Below, in pieces: positions 47,849 to 56,707 of a stretch of DNA of 64,000 nucleotides. The position numbers and the translations under genes are program-made. The DNA is taken from positions 310,001 through 374,000 of IMG/VR virus record IMGVR_UViG_3300029922_000001; one strand, 5' to 3'. Each line of letters starts with the position of its first letter. Position 1 is the stretch's first letter. The notes below the pieces were generated by a model. It worked only from the letters and a program-made list of their open reading frames with translations. It did no database searches and was not told where the DNA came from.

Positions 47849-48448
47849 ATGCTTATAGATCCAGATCATATTACAAACTACAATCGCACAGAAAAAGAAC
47901 TTCAGTGTTTTCTATTATTTGCTATTATGGTTGCTGGTAAAAAAGCTAAAATGATGGCACCTAAATTAGATCATTTTCTTTTCATAAATGATCAGCTAAT
48001 GCCATTTGAATTCATTCAGAAGTTGATGAATAATGATGTACTTTATGGTGCTTTATTGCATTCTAAAATCGGTAAGTATAAGTTATTATTACAGTCTTTG
48101 CCTCAATTAGTGAATAGTGGCTTAGATTTGCATACGTGTACGATAGAGGATTTGGAAAAGATTAAAGGTATTGGTCCTAAATCGTCTAGATTTTTTATAT
48201 TACACTCACGCCCTAATCAAAGGATTGCGGCACTTGATACGCATATTTTGAAATTTATTAAAGAGAATTTAGACCCCAAAGCACCTAAGCAAACCCCAAG
48301 CGGAAAACGATATTTGCAGTTAGAAAAACTTTTTGTTGAATATTGTGAACAAAATAATCTCTGCATAGCAGATTTTGACCTTCAGCTTTGGGTAAAATAT
48401 TCATCAGAGAACGATAAAAAAAGGAAAGGAAAGAAAAAAAATGTTTGA
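47849..48448 (+). CDS. helix-hairpin-helix DNA glycosylase-like protein (Ogg-like)
   Basis: LEKIKGIGPKSSRFF, AALDTHILKF, Y..LE..F, DFDLQLW. Confidence 0.75.
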   Translation: MLIDPDHITNYNRTEKELQCFLLFAIMVAGKKAKMMAPKLDHFLFINDQLMPFEFIQKLMNNDVLYGALLHSKIGKYKLLLQSLPQLVNSGLDLHTCTIEDLEKIKGIGPKSSRFFILHSRPNQRIAALDTHILKFIKENLDPKAPKQTPSGKRYLQLEKLFVEYCEQNNLCIADFDLQLWVKYSSENDKKRKGKKKNV

Positions 48449-48656
48449 ATCAACTGAAACTACGTATACTTTAGATAAGACTAAATTGGAAAATTTTCTC
48501 ACTGAGAAGCTTACAGAAGCTGGGAATTTTAGTCCCAGATTGCAAACTATTAGTTTTAATTGGAAGTATGGAAGTCGTCTTACTGGTTATAGTATAAATG
48601 AACACAACGATCCATATTTTGATGGTGTTTCCATTACCGTAAAGGATATGGAGTAA
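48441..48656 (+). CDS. hypothetical protein
   Basis: 71-aa ORF. Confidence 0.6.
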   Translation: MFESTETTYTLDKTKLENFLTEKLTEAGNFSPRLQTISFNWKYGSRLTGYSINEHNDPYFDGVSITVKDME

Positions 48657-48660
48657 TAAT

Positions 48661-49014
48661 ATGGCATTAAATGGATATAAAATCGAAAATGAATCTTACT
48701 GTTGGTATTCTCCTACAATGGAAAAAGAATATGGTACAGTAACTTACTGTGATAAAAATGGAGATTATTTAATCTGTACATTAGCTACACCAACCGAAAA
48801 TCTTGAGTGCAAATATTCTGATGATTTAATATTTATTGGTAAAGGCGTTTGGGTTCATAGTAGTATTAGATGGATAAAAGGATGGATAAACAGATTCAAT
48901 GGAAAACTAATGAATGATTTTGTAAATGACGACATTACAATTGAAGAGATTATGCAACGTGCTAATGATTGTGAAAAATATACAGGAGTAGGATTATGGT
49001 CTATGAACATGTAA
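48661..49014 (+). CDS. hypothetical protein
   Basis: 117-aa ORF. Confidence 0.6.
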   Translation: MALNGYKIENESYCWYSPTMEKEYGTVTYCDKNGDYLICTLATPTENLECKYSDDLIFIGKGVWVHSSIRWIKGWINRFNGKLMNDFVNDDITIEEIMQRANDCEKYTGVGLWSMNM

Positions 49015-49199
49015 GCGAATATAAACCAAGTTGGGAATATCCTGATACAATGTATTGTCAGCGTTGTAAACATGATGTACAAACAGATAAACGATTTTCT
49101 GGTGTTACTTGTAGTAAATGTGGAATAGTTATTGTTGATACAAATCCTTGGATTAAAATTCCAGTTACAATAGAAGAAGTAATAAGGGAAAGCGAATGA
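48996..49199 (+). CDS. zinc-ribbon protein
   Basis: CQRC...CSKCG. Confidence 0.6.
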   Translation: MVYEHVSEYKPSWEYPDTMYCQRCKHDVQTDKRFSGVTCSKCGIVIVDTNPWIKIPVTIEEVIRESE

Positions 49200-49387
49200 T
49201 AACAGTGACTTGCGATAAATGCGGTGGAAAAACAAAATTGACTACAAATGACGGTTATGGTTTTTTCTGTGATAATTGTGATCAAGTGATCAACATTAAC
49301 GTTGCTTTGAGTGGTATAATAGAGAAGTTGGCGCAACTAGAAAATGAACTAGAAGCTAATAAGAAATATGCATTTTTGAAAAATTAA
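49196..49387 (+). CDS. zinc-ribbon protein
   Basis: CDKCG...CDNC. Confidence 0.6.
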   Translation: MITVTCDKCGGKTKLTTNDGYGFFCDNCDQVININVALSGIIEKLAQLENELEANKKYAFLKN

Positions 49388-49404
49388 AGTGTATTTAAAT
49401 AAAT

Positions 49405-49485
49405 CGGGTGGTGGCGTAATGGTAGCCGCAAATCTCTTAAAAAGATTCGTTGAAAAACGTGTGGGTTCGAGTCCCACCCGCCCGC
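49405..49485 (+). tRNA. tRNA-Leu (TAA)
   Basis: CGGGTGG/CCGCCCG acceptor, AATCT(CTTAAAA)AGATT anticodon arm, variable arm CGTT-GAAA-AACG, GTGGG(TTCGAGT)CCCAC; no CCA. Confidence 0.9.
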
Positions 49486-49643
49486 GAGAATTATATATTA
49501 AACACAAAGGAATATATCTAATCATGTGTTAACTATATATTATGAGATGTGAAGGCTATCGTGGTTCTTTTGATAAATTTTTAGAAGCTTATGGCGATCT
49601 TGATAAATTTCCCCAATGCCTCAATTAGAGGTATACTCGAATC

Positions 49644-50003
49644 ATGAACAACAAATTAATGATTATCGACAAAGAAGCTATTCTACGTGCTTGGCTGACT
49701 GGAGATAATCTGGAGAAAATGGATAGCAATTACAATGCTAAAGTATTTACTTGTGAATACAATGGTGTAACTCTTTCTACACGTTGTAGGAGAGTAATGG
49801 AGCGTCCTAGTTCTTTTGCACCTTATCAAGAGGTTGATGGATTGCTTTATGAATTCACGAAAGACGATAAAACAGTCCTTGATTGGAATGGTGAACTTGA
49901 TCCAAATGCTCAACGTAATTCCCCTAATGGCTATTCAAGTACATTTGAATATTTTATCAAGAACTATGGGCATCCTGAAAATTTCCCCAACAGGGTAAAT
50001 TGA
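49644..50003 (+). CDS. hypothetical protein
   Basis: class II promoter. Confidence 0.7.
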   Translation: MNNKLMIIDKEAILRAWLTGDNLEKMDSNYNAKVFTCEYNGVTLSTRCRRVMERPSSFAPYQEVDGLLYEFTKDDKTVLDWNGELDPNAQRNSPNGYSSTFEYFIKNYGHPENFPNRVN

Positions 50004-50017
50004 GGTATACTTAAATT

Positions 50018-50311
50018 ATGAAATATGTTTATGAATATCATAAAGAAAATCAAACTTTTACACTTACTGATGGCATATGGAACACTGTAACAATACGTCA
50101 AACTCATTCATCTAAATATCAAGTATCTGGTCAAGTAGGAAATCATCGTGAAGGTGGTTGGACTGATAATTTTTCTTTACAAGATGTTGTTGATGGTAAA
50201 ATGGATCATTATTTAAAATACATTGAAGATTCAAAATCTTTCATAGAAACACTGAAACAATTATCTCAAAATTTAATTAATGATAAGAATTTCCCCAACA
50301 GGGTAAATTGA
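50018..50311 (+). CDS. hypothetical protein
   Basis: class II promoter. Confidence 0.7.
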   Translation: MKYVYEYHKENQTFTLTDGIWNTVTIRQTHSSKYQVSGQVGNHREGGWTDNFSLQDVVDGKMDHYLKYIEDSKSFIETLKQLSQNLINDKNFPNRVN

Positions 50312-50325
50312 GGTATACTACGATC

Positions 50326-50526
50326 ATGGGACATTATAAACACGACGATTTGCTATTGAAGACCATTGCTGCTGGTTTCGCTGAAGAACCAGGAATAGGT
50401 CAACCAATTCCAAGTGCTTGGCTTCCGTTTCTATCTATGGAAGAATTGATTCAGGTGCATAAATACACCCTTGGATATATTAAGGCTAGAATCACCAATA
50501 CTTTAACCAGTAAATTAAAGGTATAA
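50326..50526 (+). CDS. hypothetical protein
   Basis: class II promoter; ATG 6 nt after TATACT. Confidence 0.65.
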   Translation: MGHYKHDDLLLKTIAAGFAEEPGIGQPIPSAWLPFLSMEELIQVHKYTLGYIKARITNTLTSKLKV

Positions 50527-50533
50527 TCCTAGT

Positions 50534-50863
50534 ATGAATGAATTTAATGAGTTTAATCTAATCAAAGATGCACCATCAGTACCAATCAAACCCAAGGTTA
50601 CAGGTTATGCAATGGTTACAAGATGGACTAATCCTCCTACTATTATGGGTTGTACCACATATACTGATCCTGCTGATTCGGATTTTGTGCATATTGTAGA
50701 AACTAGGGGTGATGAATATCGTGAACTTTATCAAAGTGATTTTGATAGAAAAGAAGAAGAAGAACCTAATGATTGTTTTTCGTTAGAACATAAACAAGAA
50801 ATTATGTCAAGACCAGTAGTTATTATGGAAGTTATAAAGACTGTAGAAATCACAGTGAAATAA
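50534..50863 (+). CDS. hypothetical protein
   Basis: leaderless. Confidence 0.65.
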   Translation: MNEFNEFNLIKDAPSVPIKPKVTGYAMVTRWTNPPTIMGCTTYTDPADSDFVHIVETRGDEYRELYQSDFDRKEEEEPNDCFSLEHKQEIMSRPVVIMEVIKTVEITVK

Positions 50864-50877
50864 GGTATACTTTAAAT

Positions 50878-51096
50878 ATGGCAGCAGATAAAGTTTTAAA
50901 TTTAATGGACCAATATTATGATTACATTGGTGGAAATACTAATTATCCAAAATCTAGAGTTATAATTTTCAAATTACTTGATGATGTAACAGATCGACGT
51001 GGCTGGAGACAAGAATGGGACGGTTTTGATGATGATATCCAAATTGAAATTCTTGAAACATGGTTAGATATTGTAGAAGGGGTTTTGCATGATTGA
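50878..51096 (+). CDS. hypothetical protein
   Basis: leaderless. Confidence 0.7.
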   Translation: MAADKVLNLMDQYYDYIGGNTNYPKSRVIIFKLLDDVTDRRGWRQEWDGFDDDIQIEILETWLDIVEGVLHD

Positions 51097-51158
51097 ATTT
51101 AAGGATTTTGAAAAAGAGTGGGATAGTAAATTCCCGACTCTAGAAGGTACTTATTGAC

Positions 51159-51341
51159 ATGATGACACTAGAAATTTATAATGAGGGCTATTTGGCTTTT
51201 AAAGATAATTCTGATAATCCTTATGATATTGATTCAGAAGAAAATAAAACTTGACAAATTGGATGGAACGACTGTAGTTTAATGCAAAAATTTAAGGAAG
51301 ATTTAGCTATCATGGAACTCATATTTCAGGATAAACCTTAA
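51159..51341 (+). pseudogene. Rmf-like miniprotein interrupted by an in-frame TGA
   Basis: YNEGYLAF...NPYD..SEENKT*QIGWND; TGA at 51252 falls on the conserved Trp position. Confidence 0.55.
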
Positions 51342-51374
51342 CCATTTACGATCAGAAAAAGCTATAATAGAAGT

Positions 51375-51680
51375 ATGAAAGAAAAACTACTCGTTAATTT
51401 CAGCGGACTCTTTGAATCTCAAGAGCAACTATTAGAAGTCATTGATTTATGGAAATCTAATCTAGTTAAAGATTTTGCAGTTAGTTCTGCCAACTGGAAT
51501 GTCTATAGTAAGAATCCAGAATTCAATTCTTTTGTTCATTATCTTCATGGTAATAGTGGCAAGCTTCATGATTTATTGCATGTTAAGCTAACCCTTCCAC
51601 CAGTTGTACCTGATAGTTATGGAAAACTCAGCGAAGGTTCAGATGATCGTATTTCGTCTGAAGGATACAAAGAAGATTAA
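51375..51680 (+). CDS. hypothetical protein
   Basis: leaderless. Confidence 0.65.
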   Translation: MKEKLLVNFSGLFESQEQLLEVIDLWKSNLVKDFAVSSANWNVYSKNPEFNSFVHYLHGNSGKLHDLLHVKLTLPPVVPDSYGKLSEGSDDRISSEGYKED

Positions 51681-51682
51681 TT

Positions 51683-51979
51683 ATGCTAATACAAAAAGAA
51701 ATTGAACAAAGAAATTTTCTGAAAGGTGCTTATACTGAACCAGATAATCGCCCTGAGTGGGCATTGTATTGGATTAGGGATCTTATTGAAAATATGGAAA
51801 ATGCCAAAAAAAAAGATAATATTTCTTTCTATAATGAGAGAATTAATTATGTTAAGGAAAGTTGGTTTAAAGACTTTTGGCAACACTATCAAGAATGTTT
51901 AGTTTATGAAACGATGGTTAAAGAACAAGATCAAATTGAAAATCTTTCATTGAAAGACTTGAATTTGATAATTGATTAA
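51683..51979 (+). CDS. hypothetical protein
   Basis: 98-aa ORF. Confidence 0.65.
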   Translation: MLIQKEIEQRNFLKGAYTEPDNRPEWALYWIRDLIENMENAKKKDNISFYNERINYVKESWFKDFWQHYQECLVYETMVKEQDQIENLSLKDLNLIID

Positions 51980-51993
51980 GGTATACTTAGATC

Positions 51994-52338
51994 ATGTTTG
52001 AACTATTAGACATCACCCGAATAGAAAATCATCTTCGTATTGATCCTCGTACTGGCACTGTGTATTTCGGTGTTGGATTGCGTAAGGAAATGGAAACCAA
52101 AAAGTATCCACACTTTGATTTTGCTTACGATGCGGAAAACAATCGTTTGGCATTCATACGACACGTCACTAAGAACAACCAGCGTTTGACTATCAATTCA
52201 ATCGGTTGTATTACCTCTCCACGTCTTCAAAGAGTTTTGAAGAAGCTAATGACTGAAGCTAAGACATTCAATCATACGCAAATTGAAGTCACTACACTTC
52301 GTGAAAACACTGCCTTTATTATCAATCTAGGAGCATAA
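51994..52338 (+). CDS. hypothetical beta-rich protein
   Basis: leaderless; weakly similar to the next ORF. Confidence 0.7.
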   Translation: MFELLDITRIENHLRIDPRTGTVYFGVGLRKEMETKKYPHFDFAYDAENNRLAFIRHVTKNNQRLTINSIGCITSPRLQRVLKKLMTEAKTFNHTQIEVTTLRENTAFIINLGA

Positions 52339-52679
52339 TGTCTTTCAAGAGTGTGTATTTAGAAACCGCAATTCCAGAAATCCCTAATAGATTGTCTATT
52401 AGGGAAAATGGAAATATGTTCTTTAATGGACCTTTAATTAGTGATAGTAAAATCATGAGCTATCAATATATTAAGGTTGGCTTGACAAACGGCAAGGTTC
52501 GGTTGATTTATTCTAATCAAGAAGAACTTGGATCGTTTCGCATGGAATGGAATGAGCGTCAATCCATTATGCATTGTAAATTTCTAATGGATTATCTCAG
52601 GAGATTTTATAAAGCTAAAGTCATGCAGTTTAGTATTGAGAAAGAAGGAACATCGTTGATCCTAACTAAGATTGATTAA
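52338..52679 (+). CDS. hypothetical beta-rich protein
   Basis: TAATG coupling. Confidence 0.7.
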   Translation: MSFKSVYLETAIPEIPNRLSIRENGNMFFNGPLISDSKIMSYQYIKVGLTNGKVRLIYSNQEELGSFRMEWNERQSIMHCKFLMDYLRRFYKAKVMQFSIEKEGTSLILTKID

Positions 52680-52702
52680 TCCCTCTGGGATTACGAGTGC
52701 AA

Positions 52703-52960
52703 ATGCAATTAATAAATAGATTTTTATATAAAATAGGAAGAAAGAAGTATAACCGTCAAGGTTATACAGTTGTTCGTTTTAGATATGATTGGAAACCTGA
52801 TGAAGATGTCATTGTACATCTTGCTGAATATAAAGTTTTTGGTCTTTATTCCTTTTCGCACATTATCTATGTGAGTAATTGGACTAAGCGTTTTTCGCCA
52901 TATGTTTTACAATTTCGTTATTATCCTTCAGCAAAAATACAATGGGTGGATAATATTTAG
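52703..52960 (+). CDS. hypothetical protein
   Basis: ORF. Confidence 0.55.
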   Translation: MQLINRFLYKIGRKKYNRQGYTVVRFRYDWKPDEDVIVHLAEYKVFGLYSFSHIIYVSNWTKRFSPYVLQFRYYPSAKIQWVDNI

Positions 52961-52974
52961 GGTATACTAACGAT

Positions 52975-53463
52975 ATGAATACGACGTTATATTGTTTATA
53001 CGCTTACAAACCTAGCAGTGCAGATTACTGTCGTGGTTGTCACATGGCTAGTTATACTAGTGAGTTTATTTCAGAAGAAAATATTACTGAAGAAGCACTA
53101 TTGGAACAGCTTGTTAAGATTTACAAGTACAATCACGATCTAGAAAGTGGTGAAGATGGTTATGAGAATATTAGAATTCTCGTTGGTGAATGTGATGGTG
53201 AATATGATTTTGATGAACCTTCAACGCACCCTAAGTATCGTCTTATGAATGCTGATATTTTTTCAACTTCATATTATTATTTAGAACCAGAACTAAAGGA
53301 ACTATATAACAAGATGGACGCCATCCTTGTTGCAGAGCAAGAAGCTAAAGCTGAAAAAGCACGATTAGCACAAATTGAATTCGAAAGACAAGTTGCTAAA
53401 AATCGTGAAGCTAAAGAACTTGCAGAATTCGAAAGATTAAGTAAAAAGTTTGCAGGTAAATAA
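52975..53463 (+). CDS. hypothetical protein
   Basis: leaderless; C-terminal E..E..E..RL..KF coil. Confidence 0.7.
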   Translation: MNTTLYCLYAYKPSSADYCRGCHMASYTSEFISEENITEEALLEQLVKIYKYNHDLESGEDGYENIRILVGECDGEYDFDEPSTHPKYRLMNADIFSTSYYYLEPELKELYNKMDAILVAEQEAKAEKARLAQIEFERQVAKNREAKELAEFERLSKKFAGK

Positions 53464-54071
53464 TGACAAAACCAAAACTCACCAAAGTTAAAAATTACCC
53501 TGATGGTGTATACATTATTAAGGGTGAAGAACTTTCTCCACACCAATCTGAGGGTATTTCTTTGCAGACATGTGGCTGTGGCTGTTATCTCCATAAAGTC
53601 GTTGGTGATTTTTATAAAATATCAACCACTAATAATGCACAGAAATATATGATTTTTAATCGTGATTTTTGGTATGTTCATACCACTTTTTCAGATAATA
53701 CATTCTTACCAATTCCAATGGAAGTATTAAAAACTATTGATTATAGTGAAGATGACACTTGTCCTTTTGAAATTCATCATAAGTGGGTTAAAGACACTTA
53801 TGGTGTTGATTTAAATAAACATGAATTTGTAATTGGCGTAAACTGGTTCGAAGAACATCGTATATTGCATAAACAATTACAAGAAGCTGCAATTAAAGAT
53901 ATACTACCAATGTCTACATATAACACTTGGATCATAGAAGCAATTAAATCAATTTGCGGTCTTGATGTTGAAGTATTAGATGAAAAAATCGAAGAAGCTT
54001 TTGTGCATATTAATGTATTAAGTGGCGAATTAGCTGGACCAGCGATTTTGACTTGGGATAATTGCGATTAA
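53463..54071 (+). CDS. hypothetical protein
   Basis: TAATG coupling. Confidence 0.7.
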   Translation: MTKPKLTKVKNYPDGVYIIKGEELSPHQSEGISLQTCGCGCYLHKVVGDFYKISTTNNAQKYMIFNRDFWYVHTTFSDNTFLPIPMEVLKTIDYSEDDTCPFEIHHKWVKDTYGVDLNKHEFVIGVNWFEEHRILHKQLQEAAIKDILPMSTYNTWIIEAIKSICGLDVEVLDEKIEEAFVHINVLSGELAGPAILTWDNCD

Positions 54072-54105
54072 TCCCCAATGATGGAAATTAAGGTATACTA
54101 TAAAC

Positions 54106-55116
54106 ATGACAAAGACATTAGAACAAGAAATCAAACAATTAATTAAAATTTTTAATTTTAATTGTACTATTAACAAATTCGAAGATAAAGTTAATTGGGC
54201 TTATATTTCCAATAATCAAAAATTATCTGAAGAATTCATTGAAAAATATCAAGATAAAGTTAATTGGGCTTATATTTCTATTTATCAAAAACTATCTGAA
54301 GAATTCATTGAAAAATATCAAGATAAAGTTAATTTGGCTTATATTTCTATTTATCAAAAACTATCTGAAGAATTCATTAAGAAATATCAAGATAAAGTTA
54401 ATTGGACTTATATTTCCGAATATCAAAAATTATCTGAAGAATTCATTGAGAAATATCAAGATAAAGTTACTTGGGCTTATATTTTTATTTATCAAAAATT
54501 ATCTGAAGAATTCATTGAGAAATATCAAGATAAAGTTGATTGGGCTAGTATTTCCAATAATCAAAAATTATCTGAAGAATTCATTGAAAAATATCAAGAT
54601 AAAGTTACTTGGGCTTATATTTCCAATAATCAAAAATTATCTGAAGAATTCATTGAGAAATATCAAGATAAAGTTGATTGGGCTTATATTTCCAGTAATC
54701 AAAAATTATCTGAAGAATTCATTGAAAAATACAATTTAACTAAACCAATTAATAATTGGAATTATATTTCTAAAGAAGAAAAATTAGCAATAATCAAGAA
54801 ATGTGGATTATATGAAATTATTGATGATTATATTCTTGCTTATAAATCTACAAGAGAAGATGGATATTCTATTTATAATTATCAATATCAATATAAAGTC
54901 AGTGAAGAATATGAAGCACATTGTAATTGTAATATTGATAATGAAAATAGTTTTGGATTATCAGCTTGGACATATGATAAAGCTTTAAAATATCATAATA
55001 AAGGAGAATTATATAAAGTGAAAATCCATATAGATGATATTGGAGCATTAGTGCATAATGGTTTTAAATTAAGATGTAAAAAAATGAAAGTGTTAGAAAA
55101 AATGGAAATAAATTAA
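54106..55116 (+). CDS. tryptophan-repeat protein (8 x 23-aa QKLSEEFIEKYQDKVxW) with C-terminal domain
   Basis: direct reading of the repeats; class II promoter. Confidence 0.85.
   Translation: MTKTLEQEIKQLIKIFNFNCTINKFEDKVNWAYISNNQKLSEEFIEKYQDKVNWAYISIYQKLSEEFIEKYQDKVNLAYISIYQKLSEEFIKKYQDKVNWTYISEYQKLSEEFIEKYQDKVTWAYIFIYQKLSEEFIEKYQDKVDWASISNNQKLSEEFIEKYQDKVTWAYISNNQKLSEEFIEKYQDKVDWAYISSNQKLSEEFIEKYNLTKPINNWNYISKEEKLAIIKKCGLYEIIDDYILAYKSTREDGYSIYNYQYQYKVSEEYEAHCNCNIDNENSFGLSAWTYDKALKYHNKGELYKVKIHIDDIGALVHNGFKLRCKKMKVLEKMEIN
54181..54732 (+). repeat. 8 tandem 69-bp coding repeats
   Basis: CAAAAA(T/C)TATCTGAAGAATTCATT recurs every 69 nt. Confidence 0.95.
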
Positions 55117-55117
55117 T

Positions 55118-55390
55118 ATGGATAAAACACTACAAAATAAAATTAATGGATGGGCATTAAGCTGGCTTAAAAAGAATCATTCGTATCATTGGGAATATTC
55201 TAAAACGGCAAATTATGATGTTTCTGTTGAGCATCAAGACGAACATCATTATTCAGAATATACCGTAGATCCTGGTTATACCCGAATTATGTTAAAAAAT
55301 GATGATGGTCAAGTTTGGATGATTCAAGATATTTACGATAGTAATTATTCATTGAACAATCTTCTGATGGAGATTTTTGCTTATATCTAG
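55118..55390 (+). CDS. hypothetical protein (duplicate of 55971)
   Basis: MDKTLQNKIN.WAL.WLKKNHSYHWEYSKTANYD nearly identical in both. Confidence 0.75.
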   Translation: MDKTLQNKINGWALSWLKKNHSYHWEYSKTANYDVSVEHQDEHHYSEYTVDPGYTRIMLKNDDGQVWMIQDIYDSNYSLNNLLMEIFAYI

Positions 55391-55428
55391 AAAACCCCCA
55401 ACAAAGAATCCATAGGTATACTCTAATT

Positions 55429-55962
55429 ATGCGACCATCATACTATGTAAAATTCACTGGGAAGTTTAAAGATTTAAAGCCACTCGGTTATTGTTTTTGG
55501 AAGGCTTTTGCTAGTAATTATCGTGTTTATTCACTCTATACTAAAGATGTTGTAGGTTGCGAAATGATTTCAGTATGGCAACATCGTGGTAGTTATGTTG
55601 ATGTAGATGACTTTCAAGAATATTCATATTTACTTGTTAAAGCAATTCAAAACAAGGAACATTTAAAATGGAAGAGACTGTATTATAGTTTTTTTGAACG
55701 TACTGATGAAAATTATCATTTTTATGTAAATACGGAAGATTGTACATTTATGCATCATGGTGAAGAAAACCATAAGGATAGTCCTGAAATTGTTGCCATT
55801 AAAATGCATACTTCAGGTAAAAGTGATGAAGAAATTCAGCAATACAGAAATAAATATCGAAACATCACTTTAACCCCTCGCGCTATTGCGGCGGTTGAAC
55901 AACTATTGGACTTGGGCATGATTGAGATTTCAGATGAAATCTCAAAATTGTATCGTAATTAA
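55429..55962 (+). CDS. hypothetical protein
   Basis: class II promoter. Confidence 0.7.
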   Translation: MRPSYYVKFTGKFKDLKPLGYCFWKAFASNYRVYSLYTKDVVGCEMISVWQHRGSYVDVDDFQEYSYLLVKAIQNKEHLKWKRLYYSFFERTDENYHFYVNTEDCTFMHHGEENHKDSPEIVAIKMHTSGKSDEEIQQYRNKYRNITLTPRAIAAVEQLLDLGMIEISDEISKLYRN

Positions 55963-55970
55963 GAATTAAA

Positions 55971-56246
55971 ATGGATAAAACACTACAAAATAAAATTAAT
56001 AGATGGGCACTTAATTGGCTCAAAAAGAATCATTCATATCATTGGGAATATTCTAAAACAGCTAATTATGATATTGTTATTGAACATCAAGACGAACATT
56101 ATTATTCAGAATACACCGTAGATCCTGGTTATTCCAGAATAACATTAAAGAATGATGTTGGAAACAATTGGATCATTACTGATATATCTGATGGTAGCGA
56201 ATATTCATTACATGATCTTTTGATGGAAATTTTTTCTTATATCTAA
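55971..56246 (+). CDS. hypothetical protein (duplicate of 55118)
   Basis: see 55118. Confidence 0.75.
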   Translation: MDKTLQNKINRWALNWLKKNHSYHWEYSKTANYDIVIEHQDEHYYSEYTVDPGYSRITLKNDVGNNWIITDISDGSEYSLHDLLMEIFSYI

Positions 56247-56284
56247 AAAATCCCCAATAGGGGATTCATAGGTATACTGTCGTC

Positions 56285-56707
56285 ATGGCAACGAAAACGA
56301 TTCTAAGAGCCGGTTATAGTGCAGCAATGCAGAGTGACCATCTATTTAAGATGGGAGCGGTGTTATTTAAGGGTGGAAGCGTTTTCCGAACTGCTTGTAA
56401 TAATACTAAAATTCACGCTGACATTCTTAAGTATAATGAATATGGAACTCGTCATGCTGAAATGAATGTGTTACTTAATATTCCTGATGATGTTCTAAAT
56501 GGAATGTCTTTAATGGTGGTAAGAGTTAATAGTAAAGGGTTATTTACAGCAGCTAAGCCATGTAAAACTTGTTTTACCGCATTGCTTGATCGTGGTATTA
56601 ATAAGGTATACTATACTGATTATAATGGACAGTTGGTAAAACTGAGAATGCAGTTTGTAGAAGACTATCGAAAGGATTTACCACCAGATTGGAGAGCAAG
56701 AAAATGA
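56285..56707 (+). CDS. Zn-dependent cytidine/dCMP deaminase-like protein
   Basis: FKMGAVLF, HAEMNVL, AKPCKTC, GI.KVYY. Confidence 0.85.
   Translation: MATKTILRAGYSAAMQSDHLFKMGAVLFKGGSVFRTACNNTKIHADILKYNEYGTRHAEMNVLLNIPDDVLNGMSLMVVRVNSKGLFTAAKPCKTCFTALLDRGINKVYYTDYNGQLVKLRMQFVEDYRKDLPPDWRARK

Noticed and set aside
54181-54732. diversity-generating retroelement
   Set aside because: variation is not adenine-specific (e.g. TGG to TTG, TCC to TTT), repeats are tandem and in frame, and no reverse transcriptase is present
54239-54739. second repeat protein in the alternative frame (also 23603-23875, 14338-14520 and other nested ORFs)
   Set aside because: shadow ORFs produced by stop-free repeats or low-complexity genes
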